Shown piece by piece: positions 24,500-37,800 of a stretch of 64,000 nucleotides of DNA (position 1 is the first letter of the stretch; every line of letters starts with the position of its first letter). Position numbers and translations under genes: made by a program. A model generated the notes under the pieces. That model saw nothing but the letters and a program-made list of their open reading frames with translations. It searched no databases and had not been told where the DNA came from. This stretch comes from Ptychomitrium polyphyllum (taxonomy: Eukaryota), in assembly GCA_973851085.1 (NCBI GenBank), contig OZ316775.1, forward strand, positions 10,664,001-10,728,000, read 5' to 3'.

Positions 24500-27400
24500 T
24501 TAATTCCAGGAGCTTTGGTATTAAAAAGACTGATCTGCGTGATTCACATTGCCAATGAAGTGCTGGTCAGGGCCAAAGGAGACATTTAATCTGTGCCCAG
24601 AAATAGGAGAATATTAAAAAGTAGCCATCAACTTCAGTCCAAGAATGTCAGGTTGGAAGGCATACGAAATATAGAAAGAGCCACTTCCATCCAATCACAT
24701 GTACTCTTCATGGACATGAACATATCTAAACAAAACATTTTGGTTACTCTCCACCTCCGCTGTAATTTTTCTTTGAATTTATTAGGTTTCTTTATGTGTA
24801 TCTAATATTAGTTTTCTTCCTTGCAGTACATACTTCTCCAGAGCAATTATTCATGTCTCAATAGGCATGAATACAACTTGGCCACAGTAACAACATATCA
24901 AAGATGGCCACTTTGTTCTCCTTTCAGTTACTTTTTCCACAAATGACAAAAAAATAATTCGTCGTACGGCCCATTTAACATTGAATAAAACTACTTCGCA
25001 CTGACGAGTGCTTTTCTTAATAGATAACGATAATTCGTGAATTTGCTAAATATAAATATTTGCGACTGATTGCCAGATGTGCCACTAATACGTGTCCAGG
25101 TGTCGTCCGGAGATCGATTCAAATTGCTTTCTCATCGGCAATGGATCCGAGAGGTTGATTCGTTACCGAATGTTTGCAGCCAAGAGCGCCACGGTTACAG
25201 GTCATCAGCAACTTTTGGAGTCCACTGTCCAGCTAGAGAAAGCCGGGGACGCATGCTACCGTGACCACGGAAGAGCACTGACGTAAGGCGGATAATGGAG
25301 CGTTGCTGCTTGTAACTGACTTCTCCGTCAGCTTTCCGACGATTCGACTCTTCCGCTGCAGTCCAATTCTTACTCATACAGGCATGGGATTACACGTTGA
25401 GGTGTCCAAGGCGGCGTTGCCGTGCATTCTTCTGCTTCAAAAAAAAGTAACCCAGAAGAAGGCGTTTGTTGCAGTCTAATGCGCCTGGTCCCTACCAACC
25501 ACTGTCCGGCACCACGTGTGAAGTTTCGGCTTGACTTCGACGTTGAATTTCAGCAGAGAGCATAATATGCTTCACCTGCTGCGAAGCTGCAGCTCAGGAT
25601 GCTCTAGAATTGAGTTATCGAGCAAGAATTTTCAACATCTGTGAAATCCTAATTTGTGAGTAGAATTAGGGCTTGCATGTGGGTTTTTACCGAGCGTACA
25701 GGTCTGAGTATTCCGAATGGGAGGAATGTTGTGAATGGTATTGTATTGAAGAACTTCAGCTTTTAACTAGAATTATCGACTTCACGACTGCACTGTTTAG
25801 GATCATTGTAATGTTCCTTTCGTTGATACACATGGTTGCACTTATGGATGGCCTGCAAGAATTGAATCTGGACGCATGATGGAGTTTGCGTCTGACTGAA
25901 TTTGTCGGCTTCATCATTGACACCTCGATTACTTGACAAGCGGGATATGTACCGGTAAGGTTGGTCAGTTTCTCCGCCGTTGAGTACTCATCAAGTAGCT
26001 GCATTAAAGCTGCTGTTAGCAACGCCTTCGAAGGATGAACTGAATCTTGCAATCAGAAACTTAACCCTAATGCGACCGAGATCAAACTCACATAGAGGCC
26101 TGCAACCTCCGGTCCCCTTCTGATATCAAATTGCCTAGTACTAATTATTGTAAGCCAGCAGCATTTTATCTACTCTCTGAGTTCACTAAGTGGCAGATTA
26201 GAATGAAGTATGTCGTGATTGAATTAAGGCTATCTTGACATAGGATTTATTTTCTATTATTCAATACAAAATTGACAAAGTAAATTATCTTTAGTAAGAA
26301 CTAATTTTAGATGATTTGTAAAACTGTTTTGTAATTTGAAATCTTTGTATTTGATTGAATTTAATCGTTGATGAAGTTGTTGATGGAGCAGACATTGAAA
26401 CAAATCACGGCCTTGCAAGTGCTGCAAGCAAGATGAGCGGCCACTGCTGGCGTCAAGGATCCTGCTGTGTCCTGGCACATGGAGCCACTTGGGATCAGCT
26501 CATCATCGTAGTACTGTTCACCCATCTACCAGCTACTCCGCACGTCCCTGATCATTTTCCCTGCAACGCTGGCTGAATCCACATCACCCCTCCTTCCATT
26601 CCATAGTTTTTTTAACTCTTTCCTGCAGACACCCACCGGTACTACAGCTCATCATTCCATCCCTTGTCGGACTCACTTGGCCTCTGGCATACGGTGTGAT
26701 CTTACACTTACCCCAACTTCTTTCACTCTTAACTGCATAGTCATAGTCATGTACGATCTACCGCTGCCTGGGCATGAATGATCATGAGTTTGTGCAATGA
26801 CAAGAGAAAGGGCTCAAAAGGGGTTCAATGAAAGTCACCTAAAAAGGACTCATGGACTTCTCAAAGAGTCCATGGATGAATTTTTACCGAGCTTGGGAAC
26901 CTGGGATCCTGTTATGAGTTGGGCTTGGGCTGTGGAATTGAGTCTGTTGGATTAACTGATGTTTTCTAATATTTTCTAATAGGTTCTTATGATTCCTTCG
27001 CAGACAGGTCACAGCAGTGGACATTCAGTCGCATGTGTGGGAGTATGATGATACGTCTGCGCCCTGACACAACGAGATGAAATTCGGAGTGGTACGAGGC
27101 CTTGATGTGAGGTGCGTTGGTACATTCTATAGGCTGCTGTTGACACGACGAATTATGACAAAACGCATCATTGAAGTGACCCCACTGATCTGAAGATCGA
27201 GTATTGCAAAACTACAAGGTGTTAGAGGGCCACCTCTAATTTCACAAGAGTACTCTCTACTCACTGCCTCAGACAACTCTCGAAGCTTCTCCAACTACTC
27301 ACTAGATTATTCGATTCTTGAATTTTGAACAGTTCACAAGCAGAGCTTCTAACGCTGTGACATCATCATTCAAACCCACGAAGCCAACGCAGATGGTCTC

Positions 27401-27800
27401 TTGCTTCTGGACAAGGAGACCCAACTTATGAGGAGCATAAGTACTATTAATTGTTGCAGTGAAATTACTTTCATGTGTAAGGAAAATGAAAGGAGAAGAG
27501 AAAATAGAAGAAAACAGACGAGTCAAATGAACTTCAAGTTACCTTTTTAGAAGGGACTTTGAAGAGAACAATATACCGTACTTTCTTCATAAGAATTCGT
27601 GAGCCAAAGTTGTCACCTGGCGGCATTGTCTTGCACCAACAGTATTCTAGAGCCAAAACATCCTATTTGGTCTTCGACATTAAAATATGAGTTTATCAGG
27701 TAATCGAGTCCGTCATTTGCACTGGAATCAAACATCCCTTTGTTTCAACAAAATATGAGTTATACACAGCTAACTAGTTCTGTATGGATGTAGAATATTT
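24500..27800. pseudogene. Unassigned decayed coding-like islands
   Basis: Higher-GC blocks with polypyrimidine-AG and GT signals on both strands (+ acceptors near 26628 and 27003; - donor near 27542). The frames I tried are broken by stops and match no family I can name. Confidence 0.25.
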
Positions 27801-28354
27801 AAGAGTCAGGTTTTGGGGACGCGTGATTAGATCAGAGTGGCAGGTGAGCGTCATGACACAGTGGGCATCGGCTGCTGTTTCAGATCATGCTTAGTGCATT
27901 ATCTGACATTTGAACTCTGACTTGTGCTGATGAATCTTCCCAGGCTCACTTATCATATCTGAGTCTGCTCAGTGTTCAATGTTGTTGTGGACCTTCTCAT
28001 GGAACGTGTGAGGACATTAATCACTTCTCATTATTGAGTTATACAGAAATTCCTTCACACTGGATTCATTTTACAAAGAAGTTTGTAGTGGCATCCAGTC
28101 TTTTAATTCAACCGTTTGGAGACCCACTTATAAGCATGTTATGTTGCAAAAGAAGACTTTGAGATAAAATTGAAGAAATTTACCTTGTATTTTTCGTATT
28201 TTCACAAGACTCTTCTAAGCCACAACTTTGTTAAAAAAAAATAAATTTAATTGAAGATTTGTGAGTTTTATTTAAATCCAAAAGAAATTTACATGAATTG
28301 CATATATATGTGCATATCTTTATAATGAACTCTAGAACTATATTTTTGCACCTA

Positions 28355-28525
28355 CTTGGTTCTTAACATCTTTGTTATGTTTTTGTAACAAACATATGTC
28401 TTTCATAATCTTCCATAAACTTCTAAAACCTTCTATAGACTTCCAAAATCTTTTGCAAATTCTTCAAACCTTCTAATAAGTTCTTATAACTTTCTATAGA
28501 AGGTTCTATGGGATATATGCTACAT
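28355..28525 (-). repeat. Degenerate LTR-like fragment
   Basis: Run of ccttcta/cttcca/cttctt units ending ..atatatgctaca, like the ends of the LTRs at 29768 and 34870. Confidence 0.4.
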
Positions 28526-29395
28526 GATATCAAAAAAAAGTAAGATGACATGCACCTCAATTTTATCAATATAATTGTAGAAAAATCCACATTGTTGTCT
28601 TATTTTAAGCCATGTAACCATTTTTTATATCAATTCTAATCCTAGGTTTCTCCTTCTACAATAATCTCTTTTACATTTTCTAATCTATTGCCTTGTATTT
28701 GTGAGATACTCTACTATAACCAAACAACATAGTGCTATACATAATTAATTTAAAGAATCATCAACAAATTCTTTTTATAGAAAAATCATTTTTCAATACC
28801 AAAAAATTGCCTCCTAAAGTAATAGTTTATCTTGTGCTCCAAAAGCTTCTTATTAAGGATAAATTTTCATTAATATAGCTTGCATGCTACATATCTGATC
28901 TCCAAAGTTTTTTGAAAAGAAATGAGATGATTTCCAAAGTTCTTTGAAAAGAAATTAAATGATATAGTGATAGAGTGGATTTTTGTAGCTTTGTTCCTTG
29001 TAATTTCAAAAAATTCTTATGAAAATTGAAAAGATTAAGATACAAAGTTATTAAGCTATGACCATTCTTTCAAAGGAAAAGTAGTTTTTCTAATTCTTAA
29101 ATCCATTTTGAATGTGAACCTTTTTCCATGTATCAATGGTAAGTTTATCATGTCTTCTTCAAGTATGTGCTAATGATCTATATATGAAAATTCTAAATCT
29201 AAATCTAAATCATACATAGATATCTTCAACAAGGGTTATAAATATGCTAGCAAGTTAAGCTAACATAACCAAAAGTTAAACAATTTTATTCTACAACATT
29301 CAATGTAAATGTAGTCAAACAAAAATATTCAATAAATGTATGCCAATCGAGCTTCCAATCATAGAATTGCCAAGGTTTTAATCAAACATCATATT

Positions 29396-29768
29396 TGTCA
29401 TTTTTCACCATTATGGACAGAATAACAACAAGACAAAACTTCAAGACTTTAAATAATAGAATAAGGTTTTTTCAAAGTATATTAGAAACAAAAGGATTAT
29501 AACAAGGTACAGAGACAGAACTACAAGGTGTGAGCTAGACCACAAGAAATATCTTGTTGAGACCAAAGATTTCTTTAGCTTTTACTTCTATATAGATACT
29601 AGAACTACAAGCCTTGAAAGCTTTTTAAGAAGATTCCAACACAATGCTTCATTTTCAAACAACCTCGAATTGCTTCATTGGAAGCTACTTTAATTAAAGT
29701 AACTTCCTTGGCTTTTTTGAACCTTCAAAGAACCTTTCTAGAAGCTTCTAACATATATGTCCGTGGCA
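29396..29768 (-). repeat. 3' LTR of the Gypsy element
   Basis: Begins TG on the minus strand at 29768, just after the PPT. Shares blocks with 34493-34870 (atagaataaggt, ctctttagcttt/ttctttagcttt, aactacaagc, gaattgcttcatt, gtaacttc). Left boundary approximate. Confidence 0.8.
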
Positions 29769-32700
29769 TTACCTCCTCTTTTTGCTTTGAGGACTTCAAA
29801 GAGCATGTTGCACCAAGTGCTTAGAATCATAGAAAGTCAAAAATATATTGCATAGTATCTGCAATGTACTCCAATTGCCTTTCATAATTCAAATGATTTA
29901 TGAATCCTTACAACCATTTGTAGTGACCAATGCCTTCTGCTTGAGACCAAAAAATGGACCTATCAACACGCTATGCAACAAGCTCAATTATCAAAGTCAT
30001 ATTTCAACTTTCTACATTTTATTTGCACACTAAGCACTTCTTCCATGTCATAATCTTGATGATCATCAATTTTCACCATAGGTGATGGCAATTGTCTTTG
30101 TCTAAGAATAATTCATTCCTTATAGGCTTCTAAAAGTGAAACAAGGAAGATTGGATGTACCTTTGTTGATGCCAATAGTTCTGAGCAATAAGCCACATGG
30201 TTGGTTTAATTTTGAATTGCAAATGGTCCCAACTTGTTATAGTCCAGTTATTGTTACATAGCCTATTTGTCAAATGAGCCACACCTTCTCACCAATTTGA
30301 AATGAAAGTTATTCCTTTATAATAGCATTTGCTTCTATTTTGTAACAATCTTGAGCTTCTTCTAATTGAATTTTCATTGTTGCTTGAAGCTATGGAGGCT
30401 ATAACATATTCATCTTTGGACATTGTTCATAATTGGAGTGGTATGGAATTTATTGAATGGAAGCGGGAGCCGTATTGTTGTAGAAAAACTCAGCCAATGT
30501 CATATCAGGTGCATAATCATCTTGTTGGTAATTGATGATACACTTCAAGTTTTGTTCCAAGATATGGTTGATTTGCTTTGTTTGACCATCAATCTGAAGA
30601 TGGAAGACAAAAGAGAGTTCAATATTTACCTTAAAAGATTTCAAAAAGTGTCATCCAGAAGCTTGATATAAGTTGTTTATCACACTTTGATATAATATTA
30701 TAGAGCAGTCTATTATAGTAGTAAACACTATCTATAAAGAATGTGGTAGTTTCCTTATTTGTAATTTTTTTTTGCAAGGTATAAAATATGCCATCTTGGC
30801 CAACCGACCTACCATTAAAAAGATAGTATCAAAAAAAATTAACAATGGAAGTTTTGTATTGAAATCCGTAGAAATAGACAATTACAACTACCTCAAAATA
30901 ATTAATGGTTGAAGAAGTCCTTATGAACAATGTTGAGGTTCTTTAACTAAAAACATATATAATACAAGAGTACAAATTTTTTTAACAGCTTTCCACATCC
31001 GAGACTACAAAAAGTGTATAGAAAAGAGTTCTAAAGTCTTATTGAATTGAAAATGTTTAGCCACTATCATGATATGTTTGAAGATTACAAACGCAAACTT
31101 GTCCTTTAATATATAGGTGTTCTTCAAAGTATAGATGATTGTCCTTGAACTTGAACTTAGATACATTTTTAGGAAGATTGTTGGAATGACATTTGATATT
31201 AAGAACAAGAAGGTCCATGGTAGATGCCACACAAACATGGTCAAGGAATGATGAAGCCATTGGGATTAAAACAGTAATTGTGCAAATACAAAATCATTTA
31301 AGCTTTAACAAAGTCATTTGTTGTTGATTATGTGTTGCTTCTTTTTACTTTGGATCAAGACATGATTGCTTCAACAAAGCATTTGATAATCTTTGTAATT
31401 TTCTAGATTGATATATGATGCAAAAATCAAATTGAAATAGTGACATACTCCAACAAGTTTAGCAACAATTCAAGACACAAGTTGGCATGAAAATTATAAG
31501 ATTCTTATGATCTATGTATACTATCATTGGATGGATGACACCCTCAAGAAAGTGGTGCCATTCTTAAAAAGAATCCATGATGGTAAGGAGTTCTTTGTTG
31601 TGGATCTTGTAGTTGATTTTTGCAGCTGAAATTTTTTAGAATAGAATGCAACCAGATGAAATCTTCCATCTTTTTCTATTTGCAACAAAACTATTTTAAA
31701 ATGAAGAGTAAAAAGCGTCCATCTCCATATAAAATGGCTTAAAAAAGTTCAAATGGATTAAAATAAGAGTTATTGTAATAGCTTTCTTTAGATTTTGGAA
31801 TGCATCTTTAGCATTAAGTTTCTACTCAAATTTTTTCTTGCATGTTAGTTGTATGAATGGAGCGGCTATTTGAAAATAGTTTTTAATGAAAATCATATAA
31901 AATTTTGCAAATCCAAGAAAGCATTTAACATCACATATCAATTTTGACCTTGTCCAATTGCTAATTGCTTCAATCTATGGATCCATCAATAATACTTTTG
32001 TTGGAAATGATATAGCAATAATTTTCCAACTTGGCGTATAATTTAGTATCTTGTAACTTTTGTAAGACTATGTGGACATATTGTTTATGCTCATCTAGAT
32101 TCTTTGAATGATTAAAATATTATTTAAATAATATACAACAAAATCATTGAGGTATACAGACAATATATCCTTTATTAGGTATTGGAAAATGGCGGATGTA
32201 TTAGTAAATCTAAAAGACATGACATTCTACTCAAAATGTCCATATCTTATTCAAAATCTCATCTTTTATTTTGTCTCCTTTTTTTATGCGCACTAAATTA
32301 TATACCCCTTACATATTTATTTTGGTATAGATCTTTGTTTGGCCAAATTGATCAAAAAATTTGAATATCAGCAACAATGGATATTGATTTTTTACCGCAA
32401 TTTTATTGAGGCTACAATAATCAACACACATTTGTAAAGATCCATTTTTCTTTACAAAAAACATTAGAATACTAGCATAAAACTTTGAATGTCAAATGAA
32501 ATTCTTGGCTAAGCTTTTATCAATATACTTTCTCAATGCCAAAATTTTATTTTGGAATAAGCTATATATAGGTCCAAATGGTGGCTGAGTGCTATCTTGG
32601 AAGTAAATGGCACAATTTCAAAAACAATATTTTTGAAGAATGTTTACATTCTTCTTTTTGAATATATATTAGAATTCTTTATATTTTCTTTAAATAGTCA

Positions 32701-34492
32701 ATAATGAAGCTATAAATTTGGGCGGTGCAATTGCATAAATAGCAAAAAAAATTGTCTTTTTTCAATGCCGTTATAAATATTTTAGCTCCAAAAAAGTGAG
32801 GCTTTATGGTCTTAAACCTGTAAGATGCATGAACTTCCTTTCTAAACTTGATATTTATTGTATATAAAATAGGAAATTTTATTTTACAAAATGTCCAATC
32901 TCTATGCAAACTGTACTTTTCAAGCCAAAAAAGCCTTAGAATGATGGAACTTGATGGAAACTTAATGACATTAAACACTACTTAATTACTATAATTATTC
33001 AATATTACTTTTAATTCGGTAGTTTCATAAATAATATTTTTGAAAAATAAAGGCTTGCCATTTATGATTTCTTTATAGACAAGCTCAAATTTTCTATTAA
33101 AAAAAAGCTTATAGATTTTCAAAAATTCCTTATCAATAAAGCAAACAAATCTAGTAGAATAAGGCTTTTAAGTTTGTAAATACTCAGACAAATTGGTATA
33201 TTAAGGCAAAAAAAAAAATGAGTTAATAAGATAGGACTTTTTTTTACTTGTGAAGGAAGAGAATCTAATCAAATAATTCCTATTGTGACTAAAAGTCCTT
33301 GTTTTATTAGAAAGTAATAGCCGTCATGGTTATATTCTTCATCCATTATATACTTAGGATTTTTTTGAAATTGTTATCAACCTTGTAGCCAGGTTTTGAA
33401 GAATACAAATATAGCCTTGGTTCTTTTTATGCTTCTTTTAATATTTAATAAGGGACTTGAAGTAAACTGCATTAATTTGGATGGCTTTTACTTCCAAATA
33501 CTCTTTGGAAGTAATGGAATTAAGGCTATCAAGAAATTAGTATATAACTACAATATAATCAAAGTCTACTTAACTTGTCAACATTAAAATAGATTATTAT
33601 CACATTTTAGAGCTTAATTGATGGCTTTATTAAGTGTTTGGAGATTTGGCATAAACAACAACAAATCCTTAACCTTATTACCTACAATCTAATGAAACAG
33701 ATTCATAAAAGCTTATCCTCTCCAATTAATATTGCATGCAAGTTGTCAAAATTTTATGCATAAATCAACATTGATTGTAGTCCTTGGTACAAGGTATAAT
33801 TTTTAGTGGTTGCAGAACAAAACTTGTTATCATTACCAAATGCTTTTGCAAATGTAACTGGGAATGCATTAAAGTTGCTAAGTAAAATGGTACAAACAAA
33901 AACAATGTTTATCTTATATGCATTGTTTTTATCAAACCAACACATGAAGCATCCGTAGAATATTATCAAGGTTGAGCAAAGTAACAAGTTGAACTTGGTT
34001 TACGTAGCTTCAAAATTTTCAACACATACTGTCAAGTTTCTCAAGAAGGATGATTCTTGGTCCTTTTGCTATTAACATTGAATTGCCAACTTGAAATTGT
34101 GCATCTTCTATTAAAGTAAGTTTAAGCAATAGAGTACCTAGGATGACTTGGAATAAAAAAATAAGATGGTTTTGCTCCTTAACTATTATGTATGGTCATA
34201 TAAAGATTTTCATTTTGCTTAGATATAGTCTTGGTTTTTATCCTCGATGTTTCAAGGACACTTATAGTTGAATCTAATTGGACGTTTTTTAAATATGTCA
34301 CATTGACATCTTTACCTTTTGGCATGGAAATGAAAAAAAAATAAACAAGTATGGCTTAGTAAAAGAAGCCAAAGAAAATTTGAAGACAACATTAGTTTAA
34401 TATAAGATAATCCGCAACCTCTAAAGTGCTATAGTACTTTCAAGGAGAAGAATAATTCACGTTCTATTGAAACATATCAAGCTCTAGTTTAT

Positions 34493-34870
34493 TGTATGAC
34501 AGTTTCAACAAACTATTATAAACTCAACAAACTTCAAAATTTCAAAAGATAGAATAAGGTATTTTTAAGATTTATCAAAAGCAAAAGAGCCATAATAAAA
34601 TAAAGAGATAGGAATACAAGGTATAAACTAAACCAAAAGATATGCATGGGCATGACTAAAGATCTCTTTAGCTTTAATTTATATATATATAAAAACTACA
34701 AGCGTTGGAAGCTTCTTGAGAAGCTCCCAATACAATGTTTTATAAGCAAGCATATTTGAATTGCTTCATTAGAAATTACATTAGCAAATGTAACTTCTTT
34801 AGAAGCTTTTTGGCTTTTTTAAACCTTTTAAAATCCTTTTAATAACCTTCTAATATATAAGTGTGTAACA
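34493..34870 (-). repeat. 5' LTR of the Gypsy element
   Basis: TG...CA termini (minus strand starts TGTTACAC at 34870); colinear with the 3' LTR but heavily diverged. Confidence 0.8.
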
Positions 34871-37800
34871 CCCTCTTTTGTTAACCATCTATTTGGCAGA
34901 ATAGAACTCACTATCCATTATATAAATAATGGCATTAATGAACAACAAATTTTTCACTAAATTTTAAATTTTATATAAATTTTAAAATGCCAAATATACA
35001 AGGAAATGCCTTCATTTTAATGAATTTATAGTTTTAAATTCCCAATATCATTAATGGAGGATTTAATTCAATAAGGATTTTATCAATTTGATATTACATT
35101 TTATATTAGAATCTTAATTTGATTCTTTGAATGTGGATTTAGTATATAAGTGCTCTATTTTTGATCTTGCTCTAGAATATAACTTTTTATATATGTCCTA
35201 CATTTAAACAAGGAAAGAATAACAAAGCTAATGCAATTGAGGCACTCACTTTTAGTTTACAACTTCACATATAAAGGTAAGATCCATGAATTAGTTTTAA
35301 AAAAAAAATTCAAACAAAAGTTAATGGCTTTTGCATATCTATCATACAAATCATTCCATTTTAGGCATATATAGCTTATTAATTATAATAATATTCATTA
35401 TAAAAATTAAATTGAGTTAAAAGAAGAATAAATCCTAATATTAGATCCATTATAATATGTTTTTTCACAAGACACTTTATAATAGTGTTTTCATCAAATT
35501 CGACTAAAAGTGATGATGCCCAAAATTTAAAGCTATTGTTCTAGTGTATGATGGATGTCTCTCACTAAATTGTCCAAGTTTTATGAAAACTTTATTTTGT
35601 ATTATGACACAAATATATAGTACAAAGTTCACTTGATAAATAGGAAGTGTATCATCTAATTTGGTATTCAAAGACTAAACCTCACATATGACTTTTTATC
35701 ACATAGACTGCACTCATACAGCTCAAGCACTTTCAATTAAAAAAGCTGCCAATTTTGACAACTTTGAAGAAGTGGAAAGAGGAAGAGCTCGTGTCTGGTG
35801 TAGCTTGGTGTAGCTTGGTGATGGGTCCAGGAAGATTAACAAATTTAAATTGCTTAGTCTACTACAGTTGTTTCCCAATCAAGTTAATTAACATCAAGTT
35901 GCTTATATTTAATAAATCATGTAGATTATTATCAATTTGAGTTCTCTTTAAAGTCTACATAATGAGGAAAGGAAGCACAGGATCTTGCGGAGTTGTGTGC
36001 AAGGAAACGGATTATCGTCGAAGGAGGGCAAATGAGAGACTTGGCGCAATGTGACTGGTTCTTGAAGAAAATTGCAATGCGGATGCTCTGGATGGGCAGA
36101 CCAGACAATAGGCAATGCAAGTCCCATAACTCTCACAAGTTCTCAGATAAGGGACCTTGAATGTATTGCATGTATTGTACATCCACTGTTCATCCTAGTA
36201 TATTCTCATGTTGGGGGATATCTTGCCCTGGCAGCCATCTGCATCTAACAAATTATATGACAACAGCATGATAGTAGTGTTTGTTCAATATCATACCATA
36301 GTTTTTGAAAGTCAGTTTGTAAATATAGAAATACTTCATTTAGCTTTTCCCCATTGGAAGTTTGTAAAACTAGAGAATCTCCTTTGGGAATTGCTCATCA
36401 AATGAGATGGGTGCTTTTAATTTGGGTCATGGTCCATTGTTCTGCCTTTACAGTAATCACCATAATTAGTGATGTACTTTCTGCAATCAAAAGCAACTTC
36501 CTGAATCAGGGTATGCTATTTCTGCTTAATTAGCTATAGAAGTCCATTGCAGCTGTTCAGCTGATATATTTGGCAGGCCATGCACAGCACATTGAAAAGT
36601 GGGATCTGGTTCCCAGGCAATTGCAACATGGAAATGAGGATGTTTGGATTGGAGAGCACCTATAGCCAACATCTTCTATTGGTTTGATGACTTTTGCACT
36701 ATGCAATCAAAGACAGGCAAGAAACAAGCCACCACCTATATTTTCTCATCTATTCTAATTCGAGTTTTGTGTAATGAGGTTTATTCAGCATACAGTAGTT
36801 TGACAACGCAAAAACTGTAGCCCGCCTGCCTTCTGAGGTGCACAATGAACTAGAAATTTTATAAACTATTGTACAGAGAGAAGTCTTGCTTGACTGCAGG
36901 ATTGATGTCATGCTTGTAGTCCATGCAAAGGACAATGCCAAATCCAAACAAGCAGAGGCCCTGTAGTGGAGTACAATGGACACAACTAACAAGGCAAGCA
37001 GTAAGTCAAGAAGTACAGAGTCCAGAAGTAGTAACAAATGTCTAAACTTCTTGTCTTCAGTTCCACTGTGCAGATTGTGAAGATCCTGCAAGCTCTGTTT
37101 GCAAGTGCATCAGCAGCTAAAAATGGTGAGTACTAGTTGCTGACTTGCAAGATGCCTCTATTATGTTAGGGATTGGTGCTCATTGCAATGAACTTCTCAT
37201 TTGCTGGGAAAAGAAAAGAGAAAAGAGAACATTGCATTTGCCAATGATTTGTTTCAAAGCTGCAAAACTATAGCTGTAACAAAATTTGTTCCTAAAGTAT
37301 GATCACGCTCACAGCCATTAACAAATATAATCTTTTTGGAATATAAAAACTGAATGAACATTAGAACTTAAAGATGGTAGTTGTTGTGTCTTTTCCAAAT
37401 CCCATACCCCATTATAATTTAAACTCCATCCATATTCCACCATCAGAAAGAACATTATCAATTATATCTATCCATGCCTACTTAATTTAGGTTGTTGAAA
37501 TAGGATCCTTGATGGAACAATTGAAAGTATTCTTTTTGGATTCAAAATTTTAGGTCCAATATTGATATATTTCCAAGCTTTTTTGTTTTATTTTAATTTA
37601 TTTACCTTCACCTCCGATTTGATATTGGTTTTACATTGATAACTATATTAAGTAGGTAGACATCATATGTAATTTACAAATAATTCTTATTTAAAAAATT
37701 GTCCACAATAAGCTTGCTTGGCAAATCTGTAAGTCTAGCAATGTTTATTTTGGTAGTTTTCAACAAATGAACTCATGATAGATAAACTATGCCTTAGAAT

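Larger units (their letters stand above)
29396..34870 (-). mobile_element. Degenerate full-length Ty3/Gypsy chromovirus LTR retrotransposon
   Basis: Direct repeats at both ends. Minus-strand remnants in Gypsy order: RT (VMSFRFTNTSAIFQ, FVVYYLNNIL for YLDD; ~31900-32620), RNase H (NYKIHNKELLTIMDSF*EWHHFLEG; ~31540-31620), integrase (FHLQIDGQTKQINHILEQNLKCIINYQQDD; 30450-30650), GPF (LDYNKLGPF; ~30220-30247), VHPIFLVSLL and a chromodomain start (DYDMEEVL; ~30030-30060). PPT AAAAAGAGGAGG at ~29772-29783. Many stops and frameshifts. Confidence 0.92.

Noticed and set aside
27302..27420. VGFVGLNDDVTALEALL (minus strand) as the start of an NB-ARC or Rossmann domain
   Set aside because: No P-loop or GxGxxG follows and the frame closes with stops; too short to assign.
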